In this document: in pieces, positions 36,302 through 47,176 of the stretch | Position numbering within the stretch: position 1 is the stretch's first letter | How the letters are laid out: each line of letters starts with the position of its first letter | Assembly: GCA_001871115.1 (NCBI GenBank) | Contig: MNUR01000129.1 | Coordinates: forward strand, 3,869 to 67,868 | Direction of reading: 5' to 3' | Length of the DNA: 64,000 bases | Source of the DNA: Elusimicrobia bacterium CG1_02_56_21 | Lineage (GTDB): Bacteria > Elusimicrobiota > Elusimicrobia > Elusimicrobiales > UBA9959 | Notes under the pieces: model-generated | Told to the model about the DNA's origin: nothing | The model's input: the letters and a program-made list of their open reading frames with translations, nothing else | The model's database searches: none | Program-made: the position numbers and the translations under genes

Positions 36302-37405
36302 TCAGCGGCCCAGAAGTTTGCCCAGTATGCGCGGACCGCGCGCGCCTGTAGCGGACGGGCAGTGGTTGGGCCGTCCTTTCAGGGCCAGCCAGGCCAGCAG
36401 GGCGAAGCAGGCCGGCTCCTTGGCCAGCGGGTGCAGGCCCAGCTCGGCGCAGGAGCGCACGCGAACGCCGGAAGGCAGCAGCAGCGCCGCTATATTATCC
36501 ATGAGCGCGGGGTTCAGGGCCCCTCCGCCGCTTACAATAAGGTCTTTTGTGCCGCGCGGCGAAAACTTTTTAAAAGCCTGGGCGATAGACGCCGCCGTGA
36601 ATGCGTTAAGGGTGGCGAGCAGGTCGCGGGAGTTAAAAACGGCCTTAAAGTGTTTATCGAGAAAAGACGCCGAGAATTCGCTCCGGTCCAGGGACTTGGG
36701 CGGGCGGCGCTTAAAAAAAGGCTCTTCGAGAAGCCGGTAAACTTTCTCCAGGTCCGGGCTGCCCTCGGAGGCCCAGGCGCCGTTCTTATCGTAGGAAAGC
36801 CTGCCGCGGGAAAGCCTGCAGACAGCGGTATCCATCAAAGAATTGCCAGGCCCGGTATCAAAGCCGAAAGTCCTGACGCCTTTCCCCGCAAAAGCTATAT
36901 TACCCACCCCGCCTATATTCTGCAGCGCAACCGGAGCGCCGGCGCCGTAAAGATATTCGTCGAGGAAAGGGATCAGCGGGGCGCCCTCGCCGCCGGCGGC
37001 CATGTCGGCCGGACGGAAATCGCAGACTACCGGGCGGCCGGTCTCTTCCGCGATAAAAGAGGCCTCGCCCAACTGCAAAGTATGGCCGGAGCGGCCCGGG
37101 GAATGCCAGACGGTCTGGCCGTGGGAGCCGATGACCGCTATTTCTTTATAAGCTGTTTTATGAGCCCGGCAGAAACGCTTGACCATCCCGGCCCAGAGCC
37201 GGCCAAGCTCGAAATTAAGCGAAGAAAGCCCGGGCGCGCTCAGGTCTTTAGCCGCTATGATCCTGGCCTGAAGGGCGGAGGAATAAGGGTAATTGCCGAA
37301 AGCCTTCACTTTAAAAGAGCGTCCCGCCGCTTCGCACAGGGCTATCGAAAGACCGTCGGCGGAAGTCCCGCTCATCAGTCCCAGCAACTTCACAGGTTTT
37401 GTCAT
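36302..37405 (-). CDS. anmK: anhydro-N-acetylmuramic acid kinase
   Basis: GLMSGTSADGLSIAL N-terminus, 367 aa, ASKHA-fold motifs (IGGVGN, SGGGALN). Confidence 0.85.
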   Translation of the reverse strand: MTKPVKLLGLMSGTSADGLSIALCEAAGRSFKVKAFGNYPYSSALQARIIAAKDLSAPGLSSLNFELGRLWAGMVKRFCRAHKTAYKEIAVIGSHGQTVWHSPGRSGHTLQLGEASFIAEETGRPVVCDFRPADMAAGGEGAPLIPFLDEYLYGAGAPVALQNIGGVGNIAFAGKGVRTFGFDTGPGNSLMDTAVCRLSRGRLSYDKNGAWASEGSPDLEKVYRLLEEPFFKRRPPKSLDRSEFSASFLDKHFKAVFNSRDLLATLNAFTAASIAQAFKKFSPRGTKDLIVSGGGALNPALMDNIAALLLPSGVRVRSCAELGLHPLAKEPACFALLAWLALKGRPNHCPSATGARGPRILGKLLGR

Positions 37406-37446
37406 AAAATCAGAATCTTGCAGCGGCGGCTGTCTGCCGCCAACTC

Positions 37447-37905
37447 TTAATATTTTTCAACGCTGTACTTAGCCAGCCGGCCGTTTTTGTACCGGAACTT
37501 TCCGGAGAAATGCCCGCGGCGCCGGAGCAGCGGCAAAAATACCCTGTCCCCCTCCCACAGGTTCAGGCCCAGGATATCCTTGTCTTTTATCCAGACCAGG
37601 TTCCCCTCGGCCGAATCTATAATACGGCCGGAAAATTCGGAAGCGGTAAAAACAAAAACATACCAATCCTCTTTTTTGGCGAAAGCGGGAAAAGTCAGGA
37701 TGCCTTTGAGGCGCGGGGACTTGATCTTAAAGCCGGACTCCTCAAATATCTCGCGTTTTACGCAGTCCTCGGGAGACTCACCCGGCTCGAACTTGCCGCC
37801 CAGTCCGTTCCATTTCCCTTCATGAACATCGTCTTTTTTCTTGACGCGGTGCAGCATCAGGGTCCGGCCGTTCTTTTTCAGATAGCAGAGAGTAGCTAGT
37901 TTCAT
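37447..37905 (-). CDS. Nudix hydrolase (MutT-like)
   Basis: Nudix box GKWNGLGGKFEPGESPEDCVKREIFEESG. Confidence 0.8.
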   Translation of the reverse strand: MKLATLCYLKKNGRTLMLHRVKKKDDVHEGKWNGLGGKFEPGESPEDCVKREIFEESGFKIKSPRLKGILTFPAFAKKEDWYVFVFTASEFSGRIIDSAEGNLVWIKDKDILGLNLWEGDRVFLPLLRRRGHFSGKFRYKNGRLAKYSVEKY

Positions 37906-37907
37906 TA

Positions 37908-38858
37908 TCAGGTTTCTGACTTTCCCTGCGGCGGGATGGGTGCGAACAGCCAGGTGCTCAAATAGCGCTCCCCCGTATCGGGGAGCAGCGCCACAATTTT
38001 CTTTCCGCTGAAGACAGGCGCTTTCGCGGCTTGGACCGCCGCATGCATAGCGGCTCCGGAGGAGATCCCGCAGAGTATCCCCTCTTCTTTCATAAGCCGC
38101 CTGGCCATAAGCCCGGCCTCCTCGTCCCCGACCGGAACTACCGCGTCCAGAAGGCTGCGGTCCAGATTATCAGGAACGAAATTAGCGCCTATCCCCTGTA
38201 TCCTGTGGGGCCCCGCCTGCCCGCCGCCGAGCACGGGGGAAGCCGCCGGCTCTACGCCTATTATCTTAATTCCGGGACGGCGCTTTTTAAGGGCGCGGGC
38301 TACGCCTGTTATGGTTCCGCCCGTTCCGATACCGGCCACAAAAACGTCTATTTCCCCGTCAGTATCGCTCCAGATCTCTTCGGCCGTGGTAGTTTCGTGT
38401 ATTCCCGGGTTGGCCGGGTTTGAAAACTGGCGCGGCATAAAAGCGCCGGGAGTGGCGGCGCAGATTTCCTCGGCCTTGGCCACGGCGCCTGCCATGCCGG
38501 CCGGCCCCGGTGTAAGAACTATCTGTGCGCCGAAGGCTTCCAGGATCTTCCGGCGCTCCACGCTCATGGTTTCAGGCATAGAGAGCACAAGCCGGTATCC
38601 CCTTATAGCGCAAAGCCAGGCCAGGCCTATCCCGGTATTTCCGCTGGTAGGCTCCACTACCAGCGCGCCGGGCTTTAGCAGCCCCTTGTCTTCGGCGTCC
38701 TTTATCATTCCATAGGCCGCCCGGTCCTTAACGCTTGAAGACGGGTTAAAGAACTCCAGCTTGGCCAGGAGCAGGGCGGAACCGGGCTCTGCCAGGCGGT
38801 TTATCTTAACCAGCGGCGTCCGTCCTATAAGTCCGGTCATATCCTGGGCGTATTTCAT
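37908..38858 (-). CDS. cysK: cysteine synthase A (O-acetylserine sulfhydrylase)
   Basis: PLP-Lys motif [24 protein letters not shown]. Confidence 0.9.
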   Translation of the reverse strand: MKYAQDMTGLIGRTPLVKINRLAEPGSALLLAKLEFFNPSSSVKDRAAYGMIKDAEDKGLLKPGALVVEPTSGNTGIGLAWLCAIRGYRLVLSMPETMSVERRKILEAFGAQIVLTPGPAGMAGAVAKAEEICAATPGAFMPRQFSNPANPGIHETTTAEEIWSDTDGEIDVFVAGIGTGGTITGVARALKKRRPGIKIIGVEPAASPVLGGGQAGPHRIQGIGANFVPDNLDRSLLDAVVPVGDEEAGLMARRLMKEEGILCGISSGAAMHAAVQAAKAPVFSGKKIVALLPDTGERYLSTWLFAPIPPQGKSET

Positions 38859-39475
38859 TTTTTTACCAGTTCCTTTTTAAGCGCGTCTATCTCGGCCTGG
38901 ACGCGGCGCATTTCTTCGCTGCAATAGTCGGGAAGCTTATTATGGTCCAACTGGGCCCTGGCGGCCGCGCCCCCGCGGGCGCCGTGAGCCGGAACCCCGA
39001 AAACGGTATTATCCGGCGGAACTTCCTGCAGCACCACCGACCCGGCGCCGATGCGGGAACGATCGCCTATTTTAATAGAGCCGAGGATAATGGCGCCGGA
39101 ACCCACTACTACGCCGTTACCCAGGGTAGGGTGGCGCTTTTTATGTTCCAGCGAAGTCCCGCCCAGGACGACGCCCTGGTAAAGCAGAACATCGTCGCCT
39201 ATCTCCGCGGTCTCGCCCACAACTACGCCCATTCCGTGGTCTATAAAAAAACGCCTGCCGATCTTGGCGCCCGGGTGTATTTCTATCCCGGTCAGAAAGC
39301 GGGCGACATGGGATATCAGGCGGGCCGGAAAATACAGCCCCTTCTCCCAGAGCCAGTGGGCGGGACGGTAAAGCCAGACGGCGTGCAGACCGGGATAGCA
39401 GAAAAGAACCTCAGCCATGCCCCGAGCGGCCGGATCTTTTTCAAAAACTGTCCTTATATCTTCAGCAATGTTCAT
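38855..39475 (-). CDS. cysE: serine O-acetyltransferase
   Basis: ORF 38855..39739 trimmed to [17 protein letters not shown] (ATG 39475, ATGA overlap with the upstream stop). Hexapeptide repeats [34 protein letters not shown]. Confidence 0.85.
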   Translation of the reverse strand: MNIAEDIRTVFEKDPAARGMAEVLFCYPGLHAVWLYRPAHWLWEKGLYFPARLISHVARFLTGIEIHPGAKIGRRFFIDHGMGVVVGETAEIGDDVLLYQGVVLGGTSLEHKKRHPTLGNGVVVGSGAIILGSIKIGDRSRIGAGSVVLQEVPPDNTVFGVPAHGARGGAAARAQLDHNKLPDYCSEEMRRVQAEIDALKKELVKK

Positions 39476-40008
39476 TTTTTCCTTTGATACAGCCCGGTCA
39501 GGACCGCCTTGCCCAAGGATCGTGAATCCAGGTAATCTTCCAGCCTGGCCTGCCCGCCTGTATAACCTGCCGCGCCCAGAGCGTACAGAGAGAATACATA
39601 GCGGTGCCTGCCCGAAGGCGGACAGGGGCCGGTGTAGCCGCGCAAACCTGCGTCGTTTAAAAGCTCTCTGGCGGGCACCGGCAGCCTCGCGCCGGGCTCT
39701 AACCCGGTCACTCCGGCCGGTATGTCCACCACGGCCCAATGCAGGAACTCACCGGAGGGCGCGTCAGGGTCCCTGACTACCAGGGCAAGACTTTTGGTAC
39801 CGGCCGGCAGATTGATCCAGCGCAGGGCCGGAGGGGTATTCTTCCCCTCGCAGGTGAACCCGGACGGGATAGAGGAATTGGCGGAAAAAGAATCGGAAAA
39901 CAGGGTGAAGGCTCCTGGGAGCGGGGGCGACCCCCGGGTCCCGCGCGAACAAGCGCCTGAGGCCGCGGCGGCAATGGCGAAAAAGACGGCGAATATTTTA
40001 TTTGTCAT
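39472..40008 (-). CDS. YbhB/YbcL-type PEBP (Raf kinase inhibitor-like) lipoprotein
   Basis: Trimmed to [20 protein letters not shown] (lipobox). [13 protein letters not shown] and [18 protein letters not shown]. Confidence 0.8.
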   Translation of the reverse strand: MTNKIFAVFFAIAAAASGACSRGTRGSPPLPGAFTLFSDSFSANSSIPSGFTCEGKNTPPALRWINLPAGTKSLALVVRDPDAPSGEFLHWAVVDIPAGVTGLEPGARLPVPARELLNDAGLRGYTGPCPPSGRHRYVFSLYALGAAGYTGGQARLEDYLDSRSLGKAVLTGLYQRKK

Positions 40009-40120
40009 GAATGCTCGGGCTCCCTCGTCCCCCGTAAACACAAAAGTATTATATAATTTTTATATCAGGCGACCGAGCCAGTTTTCCCTGGCACTATAAC
40101 GCGCGGCAAGGAGACCCGGA

Positions 40121-41125
40121 ATGGCATTCAATCTTAAAAACAAGAACTTCCTCAAAGAGCTGGATTTTACAAAACAGGAGCTGGTTTTCCTTCTGAAATT
40201 AGCCGGAGACCTGAAAGAAGCCAAGCAAGCCGGAACCGAACGGCCCAGGCTGACAGGCAAGAACATAGCCCTGATATTTGAAAAGACCTCTACCCGCACG
40301 CGCTGCGCTTTCGAGGTGGCCGCGCATGACCAGGGCGCCCATGTAACCTATCTCGAACCGTCAGGCAGCCAGATGGGACACAAAGAGACCGTTAAGGATA
40401 CCGCCCGCGTGCTCGGCAGAATGTACGACGGCATAGAATACCGCGGTTTCGGGCAGGAAATAGTGGAGGAACTTGCCAAGTATGCAGGCGTACCCGTCTG
40501 GAACGGCCTGACCAATGAATGGCATCCGACCCAGATGCTGGCGGACGTGCTTACGATGACCGAGCACTGTTCAAAACCCCTGGAGCGGATCTCCTACGCC
40601 TATCTCGGGGACGCGCGGTTCAATATGGGCCGCTCACTTTTAGTAATAGGCAGCATCCTGGGCATGGACGTGCGCATTGGCGCCCCGAAGGGCCTGCAGC
40701 CGGATGCGGAACTTATAAAAACCTGTAAAAAAATAGCCCAGGACTCCGGCGCGCGGATTACTATCACCGACAGCGTATCGGAAGCGGTCAAAGGAGCGGA
40801 CTATATACATACCGACGTCTGGGTTTCCATGGGCGAAGCCAAGGAAGTCTGGGCCGAAAGGATCAAGCTCCTGAAGCCTTACCAGGTGAACCCGGCCGTT
40901 ATGAAAGAGTCCGGAAACCCCGCCGTTAAGTTCATGCACTGCCTGCCGGCTTTCCACAACGCCGACACCAAGGTCGGCAAGCAGGTTTCCGAGCAGTTCG
41001 GACTGCCCGACGGCGTAGAAGTAACGGAGGAAGTCTTCGAGTCTAAAGCCTGCATCGCTTTCGACCAGGCCGAAAACCGCATGCACACCATCAAAGCGGT
41101 GATGGTAGCGACCCTCGGCAGCTGA
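40121..41125 (+). CDS. argF: ornithine carbamoyltransferase
   Basis: [30 protein letters not shown] 7 nt upstream. Confidence 0.9.
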   Translation: MAFNLKNKNFLKELDFTKQELVFLLKLAGDLKEAKQAGTERPRLTGKNIALIFEKTSTRTRCAFEVAAHDQGAHVTYLEPSGSQMGHKETVKDTARVLGRMYDGIEYRGFGQEIVEELAKYAGVPVWNGLTNEWHPTQMLADVLTMTEHCSKPLERISYAYLGDARFNMGRSLLVIGSILGMDVRIGAPKGLQPDAELIKTCKKIAQDSGARITITDSVSEAVKGADYIHTDVWVSMGEAKEVWAERIKLLKPYQVNPAVMKESGNPAVKFMHCLPAFHNADTKVGKQVSEQFGLPDGVEVTEEVFESKACIAFDQAENRMHTIKAVMVATLGS

Positions 41126-41163
41126 GGCACTTAGCCGGCCGGGGTTTTTCTGCCGCGGGAAAG

Positions 41164-41198
41164 CAAAAAAAAGACCGGGAACTCCCGGTCTTTTTCTT
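41164..41198. terminator. bidirectional rho-independent terminator (argF / convergent gene)
   Basis: A8-gaccggga-ac-tcccggtc-T5. Confidence 0.85.
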
Positions 41199-41225
41199 AT
41201 ATCCGAAGCACTCACGCCGCGCTGC

Positions 41226-42125
41226 CTAGATCTTATAGATCTCCAGGGTTTCCGCGACTATCCTGAAACCCAGATTCTTCTCCACTCCGGGAAGAAGCAC
41301 TCCGGAAGCGCCTATCTGAGAGGCCCGGATGATCTGATTGGGATCTTTGCCGCGCGGCGAGAATATCAGGACTTTCTCTTTTGAGAAACGTCCGTTCCCG
41401 GAAGGGTCCTGGACTATCCCCGTATTGTAGAACAGATTGTGCCGGGCCCCCGACTTAAGCGGATATCCCTTCTTAACAAGGGCCGAAGTAAGGTCATCCA
41501 GGGAGAAAACTATAGCTCTCCTGCCGGTTCCTTCTATCCTCAGCTTGCTGGCACCGGGATTGGTAAGTGTTACATCCAGCTTAACCGTGTAGGTTTCGCT
41601 ATCCCCGGGGAAGGCAAGTTTTTTACTGCCGCTCATAAAAAGTGCGTTGGCAATGTCCTTGGCCCGGACAAAGAGAGTCTGCCCTTTTTCAGTGGTAAAG
41701 ACCAGGAAATATTTATCGTTCGATGAACAGCTGCCGTTATCCTGGCAGTTCAAGGCTTCCGCCCCGCTGATATGAACTGTATTCCCGGAGGTCCTGAAGG
41801 TCAGACCGGATTTAAAACTCGAATTCAGTATGCGCCCCAGGTCTACGGACTCTACAGCCGCTGCGGAGATTCCCTTTTCGGCCCGGAACTCCTCTCTGGC
41901 GGCACCGCCTCCGAAGTTGCGGGAAAGATATTCGTTCCAAAGAAACAGATCGCCCTGAGCTTCGCCGGACTGGGCGGCCTGCGGGGCCGGCGGAACCGGG
42001 GCGGAGATGTTCATGTCGCCGGCTGAGCCCAGCGCAGAGAGCGCGCTCGCGCTCTCTGCGGCGCCGGGCTGGGCGCAAATAAAAGACAGGCTCATTAAGG
42101 CTAAAGCGGAAAATACAAAGTTCAT
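41226..42125 (-). CDS. hypothetical secreted protein
   Basis: Trimmed to MNFVFSALALMSLSFICA (signal peptide). No recognisable family. Confidence 0.45.
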   Translation of the reverse strand: MNFVFSALALMSLSFICAQPGAAESASALSALGSAGDMNISAPVPPAPQAAQSGEAQGDLFLWNEYLSRNFGGGAAREEFRAEKGISAAAVESVDLGRILNSSFKSGLTFRTSGNTVHISGAEALNCQDNGSCSSNDKYFLVFTTEKGQTLFVRAKDIANALFMSGSKKLAFPGDSETYTVKLDVTLTNPGASKLRIEGTGRRAIVFSLDDLTSALVKKGYPLKSGARHNLFYNTGIVQDPSGNGRFSKEKVLIFSPRGKDPNQIIRASQIGASGVLLPGVEKNLGFRIVAETLEIYKI

Positions 42126-42339
42126 AGTAGTCCTCTTCCTGGACGTATCGCTGTTGGGGATTGACATTACTCTTGCCATGTCAATAGTATAGCCCTGGAG
42201 ATAAAATATGGCAAGGCCCCGCGGGCCTATTCGCAGATAGGACTAAAGGGAAAGGTGTTCTATATTAAGGAAAAACTAAAGCGTGCGTTCTCGGCTACGG
42301 CCTGAGAACAGGGAATACGGGCGGCAGGAATACGGAGAA

Positions 42340-43629
42340 CTACCTGATAAGCGGCCTGAACCGGGAAACAAAGAGCAGCAGTTGCACCGGCCCGGCTACT
42401 TTTACTTTGCGCACCTCGAGCACGAGCATAAACAAGGGGATTACGGCCAGAGCGCGCAGAAAAGAGGAAAAGAGAAGCAGAGAAACAAATGAACTTCCCC
42501 CCAGGGCGGGCAGCTTGACATAAAGCCAGCCGCCTATAAGCGCGCCCGCGAACTGGGCGATGCCGTTAGTAAAGTTAAAAAAAGCGTTATAGCCGGCGCG
42601 GGAATGGGCAGGAATAGTCTCGTAAATAAAGTTACTCATCCCTATCAGATAAGCTCCCCAGACTATGCCCGCGTAAAACTCCACCGCCGCTAAATAATAA
42701 AAATTCCGGCTTAAGGACCAGAACAGAGGAATGGTCGGAATAAGCAGAAAAGCCGCCCTGAGTATCTTTACGCTGCCGTAAGCGTCTGCCGCCTGACCCC
42801 AGCGCTTCATGAACAGGTAAGTCATAAGGGGGCCGATAGTAACCAGAACCATAAAATGCGGATAGTCGCAGCCCAGGTCCTTAAGCGCATAGACGCTGAA
42901 ATACGGCGCCGCCAGGTAGGTGGAGAACAGCAGCATCAGCACGGAAAAGAACAAAGCCGGAACGCGCCCCTTTCTGAAATCGAATGAAGCCAGGAAGCTG
43001 ATCCCGCCGCCCCGGGGCATATGAAAATGCGTCCGCGGCTCATACATTATTGTGAGCAGGGAATATGAAATAACCCGGAAGACCCCGGCAGCGGCAAAAA
43101 CGCAGGCGAAGCCCCAGAGCGCGCCGGGGCCGGCGAAACCCAGTATCCGCGAAGCGATAAAACTGGCCGCGAGAAAGGAAAGACCGAGGACCTGGAACCT
43201 GTACCCGAAAAAGTTGCCGCGCTTTGAGGGAGGAATATACTCCCCCATCAGGACGGCCCAGGGAGGGATGGCCATATTTCCGGCTACCGTGTACGCCACC
43301 AGGGCCGCGAGGAGCGCGGGATAGGCGGACGCTGCCGGCAGGAAAACGGCGCCGGCGGCGGCGAACAGCGAGGCTGCCTGTATCCCCACTGCAAGCAGCA
43401 TAGCCTTCTTACAGCTTCCGAGGCGCTGGACCAGCCTTTCATTAAAGAGCTGAAAAATAGAGGAGAACAATGCAGGCAGCGAACGCAGCAGGCCCACGCC
43501 GATAGCGGAAGCCCCCAGAGCCATGGCGAAAGGAATAGCGTAAGGATCGGCAAAACCGCTCATCCCGGCCGCGGCCACCCCGTCTTTCAGCGAGGCTTTT
43601 ACGCTGTTTTTTACCGCATTTTTTTGCAT
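42340..43629 (-). CDS. MFS transporter
   Basis: 429 aa, 12 predicted TM helices, loop motif ERLVQRLGSCKK between TM2 and TM3. Confidence 0.65.
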   Translation of the reverse strand: MQKNAVKNSVKASLKDGVAAAGMSGFADPYAIPFAMALGASAIGVGLLRSLPALFSSIFQLFNERLVQRLGSCKKAMLLAVGIQAASLFAAAGAVFLPAASAYPALLAALVAYTVAGNMAIPPWAVLMGEYIPPSKRGNFFGYRFQVLGLSFLAASFIASRILGFAGPGALWGFACVFAAAGVFRVISYSLLTIMYEPRTHFHMPRGGGISFLASFDFRKGRVPALFFSVLMLLFSTYLAAPYFSVYALKDLGCDYPHFMVLVTIGPLMTYLFMKRWGQAADAYGSVKILRAAFLLIPTIPLFWSLSRNFYYLAAVEFYAGIVWGAYLIGMSNFIYETIPAHSRAGYNAFFNFTNGIAQFAGALIGGWLYVKLPALGGSSFVSLLLFSSFLRALAVIPLFMLVLEVRKVKVAGPVQLLLFVSRFRPLIR

Positions 43630-43721
43630 TAAGCTCTTTAATTATATAAATTATGCTCAGTTCTATTTTACACTAACAAACAGCCGCCGCATAGAGTTCT
43701 CCGGGGCGGCAAGGGACAGTT

Positions 43722-44591
43722 ATGAACGAAACGGCTTTATTAAAAACTCTTGAGGGACATTCCGACGGAGTTCTGACACTGGCTTTTTCACCGTGCGGGA
43801 AATTCCTGGCTACCGGCGGCGAAGACAATATGATAAGGCTCTGGGACAACCCCGACGGCATAGAGATACAGGTCATAGAGGCCCACAAAGGCGATATCCG
43901 CTGCCTGGCTTTCTCCCCGGACGGGGACGTGTTCGCTTCCGGGTCCTGGGACAAGTCCGTAAAGACCTGGAAAACTTCCGACTGCGCTACCCTGGCGGAG
44001 TCTTCAAAACACGACGGCGCCGTGAACTGCCTTGTTTTTTCCAGGGACGGGAAACTGATATTTTCCGGTTCTGACGACGGAACCATCAAAATATTCTCCT
44101 CCCCCGGACTTTCGCTTAAAGAGACCATCCAGCCGGGAATAGGCGACATAAAGGCGCTAGCGGTCTCTCCCTCAGGAATAATCGCGGCGGGCGGCTCGGA
44201 GCTTCAGTTCCTCGATCCCTCGGGAAGGCTGCTTAAAGATAATGACAGCTACCTCTACGGGATCAGGCAGCTGGCCTTCTCACCGGACGGGAAGCTCCTG
44301 GCCGCGGCCACAGGGATGGAGAAGCGCTTTGAGACCTGGAACGCGGAAACCCTGGAGCAGGCAGGCTCGGTGAAAGATTCGGACTGGGTAAATTGCGTAG
44401 CTTTCACCCCGGACGGGAAATACCTGGTTACAGGCGGAACGGCCGTAAAGATCTGGGACCCGGCCACCGGCGCCTGCCTGAAAACCCTTGAGGGCCACTC
44501 GGACGAGATCTACGCCGTAGACGTCTCCCCGGACGGTAAATACATAGCTTCGGCTTCGAATGACAAAACGGTTAAACTCTGGGCCATGTAG
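43722..44591 (+). CDS. WD40 repeat (7-blade beta-propeller) protein
   Basis: Seven repeats of [13 protein letters not shown](S/T)GS.D.T(I/V)KLW type, e.g. [33 protein letters not shown]. Confidence 0.85.
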   Translation: MNETALLKTLEGHSDGVLTLAFSPCGKFLATGGEDNMIRLWDNPDGIEIQVIEAHKGDIRCLAFSPDGDVFASGSWDKSVKTWKTSDCATLAESSKHDGAVNCLVFSRDGKLIFSGSDDGTIKIFSSPGLSLKETIQPGIGDIKALAVSPSGIIAAGGSELQFLDPSGRLLKDNDSYLYGIRQLAFSPDGKLLAAATGMEKRFETWNAETLEQAGSVKDSDWVNCVAFTPDGKYLVTGGTAVKIWDPATGACLKTLEGHSDEIYAVDVSPDGKYIASASNDKTVKLWAM

Positions 44592-44853
44592 CAAACCGCC
44601 CGCCAGCAGAAACCCGCTGCGCCGCATGCGGTTTTTTGCCTCGAGCGGCTCGGCAAAACTTCCCCGCCCTTTCTTTCTCTCTCCATCCCGGGCCTTTTAC
44701 AGCGATAGCCTGCATAGCCACAAGCTTGTCTGCCGCCAGTAACCGGGCCGCAGGCTTTACCTTGATTTTACACAGGATTTAAATTCCGGGCCGCGCAAAT
44801 TTATATAATTTATTATAACTTCCAGTACAACTCTGGCATACAGGAGCAAAAAA

Positions 44854-46200
44854 ATGTCCGAAGCACCCCAGCATAACACAGCCTACCGCCGCCGCCGTTT
44901 CCTCAACTGGTTCCCGCTCGGCCTCACCTACGCCACCTTTTATATGGGCCGCTACAACCTTAATGTAGCCTCGAAGAGCATGATGGACATGTTCCACCTT
45001 ACCAAGGGCGAGTTCGGCATCATAGCCACCGCCGGCTTCTGGACCTACGCGCTGTCCGTCATGTTCAACGGGCCGCTGGCCGACCGGATAGGCGGCAAAA
45101 AGGCCATCCTGATCGGCGCTCTCGGCGCTTCGGTGATGAACCTGATAATAGGCCTGATGTTCCTGAACGGCTGGCAGACCAAGCTGATAATCGGAATGTC
45201 CTTCCTGTACGCCGTTAACCAGTACTTCCAGTCCTTCGGCGCCCTGTCCGTAGTTAAGGTCAACGCTCCCTGGTTCCACGTTAAGGAGCGCGGAGTATTC
45301 GGCGGGATCTTCGGCATCATGATCTCCGGCGGCTATTTCCTGGCTATGACCGTAGGCGGCTGGATACTCTCGTCAATGAGCTGGTACATGGTGTTCCTGA
45401 TACCGTCCGGCGCGATCTTCACGATGTTCCTGGTGGACCTGTTCCTGGTAAAGGATACCCCGAAAGCCGCCGGCTTCGAGAATTTTAATACCGGCGACGC
45501 CTCCTCCCACGAGGCCGACAACGAAAAGCCCCTGCCCTTCAAAGAACTGATGCACCGGGTTTTCTCCAACCGTGTTATAATCACGCTGGCTTTCTCGGAA
45601 TTCTGCACCGGCTTCGTTCGGCAGGGCCTGCTGCTCTGGTTCGTACCCTTCCTGATGGAAGTGCATCATATACAGCACGGGACCAGGATGTTCTCCATGG
45701 CCACCGCGGGCATCACGATAGGCGGAATAGTGGGAGGCATACTCTGCGGCTTTATCTCGGACAGGCTCTTCCGGTCCCGCCGCCCGCCCGTAGCCTTCAT
45801 CTTCTACCTGGGCCAGATAGTTTCCCTGTTCATCCTTGGCAAAACGGGCAGCCCTTTATTAGCCTCGTTCATGATCGGCTTCTCCTGCATGTGGATCTTC
45901 GGCGTACACGGGATGCTGACCGGAACCGCTTCTATGGACTTCGGCGGAACCCGCGCGGCCTCCACGGTGGCGGGACTGCTCGACGGCGTGCAGTACCTGG
46001 CCTCCGGCCTCACAGGCTTCCTGATGGGCCACTTCCTCGACAAATGGGGCTGGGGTTCCTGGACCTATATGATAATGCCGTTCTCCCTGATGGGAGCGCT
46101 GCTTATGACACGGCTCTGGAACGAAACTCCTCTCAGGAAACCGGCCCCCGCGAAAGGAACTCTCGAAGAGCACCGCCCTCTGGTGGAGGACGAAGTTTAA
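44854..46200 (+). CDS. MFS transporter, organophosphate:Pi antiporter (GlpT/UhpC)-like
   Basis: N-terminus YRRRRFLNWFPLGLTYATFYMGRYNLNVA parallels GlpT YRRLRWQIF..Y..YYLVRKNF (from memory). 12 TM helices. AGGAG 8 nt upstream. Confidence 0.45.
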   Translation: MSEAPQHNTAYRRRRFLNWFPLGLTYATFYMGRYNLNVASKSMMDMFHLTKGEFGIIATAGFWTYALSVMFNGPLADRIGGKKAILIGALGASVMNLIIGLMFLNGWQTKLIIGMSFLYAVNQYFQSFGALSVVKVNAPWFHVKERGVFGGIFGIMISGGYFLAMTVGGWILSSMSWYMVFLIPSGAIFTMFLVDLFLVKDTPKAAGFENFNTGDASSHEADNEKPLPFKELMHRVFSNRVIITLAFSEFCTGFVRQGLLLWFVPFLMEVHHIQHGTRMFSMATAGITIGGIVGGILCGFISDRLFRSRRPPVAFIFYLGQIVSLFILGKTGSPLLASFMIGFSCMWIFGVHGMLTGTASMDFGGTRAASTVAGLLDGVQYLASGLTGFLMGHFLDKWGWGSWTYMIMPFSLMGALLMTRLWNETPLRKPAPAKGTLEEHRPLVEDEV

Positions 46201-46212
46201 GGGGGCAGGGCC

Positions 46213-47130
46213 TTAGCGCTCCAGCATATACGGCTGGTTCAGTCTGTAGATTTCCCAGCCGTCCGGGATCAGATCGTAGACGGCCTTATCCTCTGAACGG
46301 ATAAGGTCGTGCAGCGGCCGGTACAAAGCCTCGTCCGCGGGCCGAAAGCCCGTAATATCGGCCACCAGGCCTAAAGCGCGGCGCCCCTCTTTCGTCCTGC
46401 CGATACTCATAAACGCAGATTCCAGCGCCTTCCTTTTTTCGGCCGCAAGGCCGCTCCTCACCACTACGGGCTCATTCGGCGCCTTGCCGGTAAAAGCGAG
46501 TATTTTCAGATCCGGCGAACGCAGGGCCTGCCGCGCGTAAGTGGCCGCGGCGTAAACCTCGCCCCCAACGAGGTTTTTAATATTTTCCTGGTGCCCTGAA
46601 GAGAAATAAGGAACGACATCGACCTTGGCCCTGTGAAGATAAATAGAAGGCAGGGTAAAGCCGCTTACGGAATACGGCCCGACAAAGCCCACTTTCTTCC
46701 CGGCCAGGTCGGACACCCTGCGCGCCCCGTCGGCTGCGCGAGTCAGTATAACCCCCTCGTATTCTGCAAGTTTGTCCCCCCGCAGAACCTGCAGGGCCGC
46801 CCGAACCCCGTATTCCTCCCTGGCCACAAGGTATTCCTCCAGCGTCAGGAGGCCTGCGTCGGCCTTGCCGGTATCGAATTTTTTTATAGCGGCGCCCGGA
46901 GACCCGGCCACCTGCAGTTCTACGGACATGGCCGTTTCTGTTTCAAGATGTTTTTTAAGGAAGTCCAGCGCGCCAGAGGAGACTGGCGGATTATGCGCCG
47001 GGGAGATAACGACTACGAGCGGATTTTCGGGGCTTCCGACCGTCGCCTCGTCCCTTTTAGAGCAACCCGCGAGCAAAACCGCCGATAAAGAACCCGCCGC
47101 CAGAAGGCGGCTTATAGACCTGATTTTCAT
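46213..47130 (-). CDS. PhnD-family periplasmic substrate-binding lipoprotein (no adjacent ABC permease/ATPase)
   Basis: Lipobox LLAGC. PhnD-like fold signature (VVISPAHNP ... GFVGPYSVSGFTLP ... AAATYARQ). Lies 46 nt downstream of acr3 on the same strand. Confidence 0.55.
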   Translation of the reverse strand: MKIRSISRLLAAGSLSAVLLAGCSKRDEATVGSPENPLVVVISPAHNPPVSSGALDFLKKHLETETAMSVELQVAGSPGAAIKKFDTGKADAGLLTLEEYLVAREEYGVRAALQVLRGDKLAEYEGVILTRAADGARRVSDLAGKKVGFVGPYSVSGFTLPSIYLHRAKVDVVPYFSSGHQENIKNLVGGEVYAAATYARQALRSPDLKILAFTGKAPNEPVVVRSGLAAEKRKALESAFMSIGRTKEGRRALGLVADITGFRPADEALYRPLHDLIRSEDKAVYDLIPDGWEIYRLNQPYMLER

Positions 47131-47176
47131 ATTCCCCCCTACTCCCGGTATTCCTCACCCCATTCCACAATATATT

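Noticed and set aside
39476-39739. 88-aa N-terminal extension of the cysE ORF. Similar extensions occur for murC (4650..4721), arsR (49418..49552), dnaG (25898..25978), rpmA (31387..31452), obg (31789..31821), the TPR gene (15293..15382) and rsmA (3265..3312).
   Set aside because: The extensions overlap upstream genes or intergenic promoters and are Arg/Gly-rich junk. Internal ATGs give family-typical N-termini with ATGA coupling, an SD or a -10 box.
42288-42312. Hairpin gttctcggc-tacg-gcctgagaac downstream of the MFS gene (minus strand) as a terminator.
   Set aside because: The stem has a bulge and no adjacent U-tract on the relevant strand.
44604-44637. T6 run after the WD40 gene as an intrinsic terminator.
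   Set aside because: Only 4-bp stems can be drawn (ccgc/gcgg with a 2-nt loop, or with a 10-nt loop). This is too weak to call.
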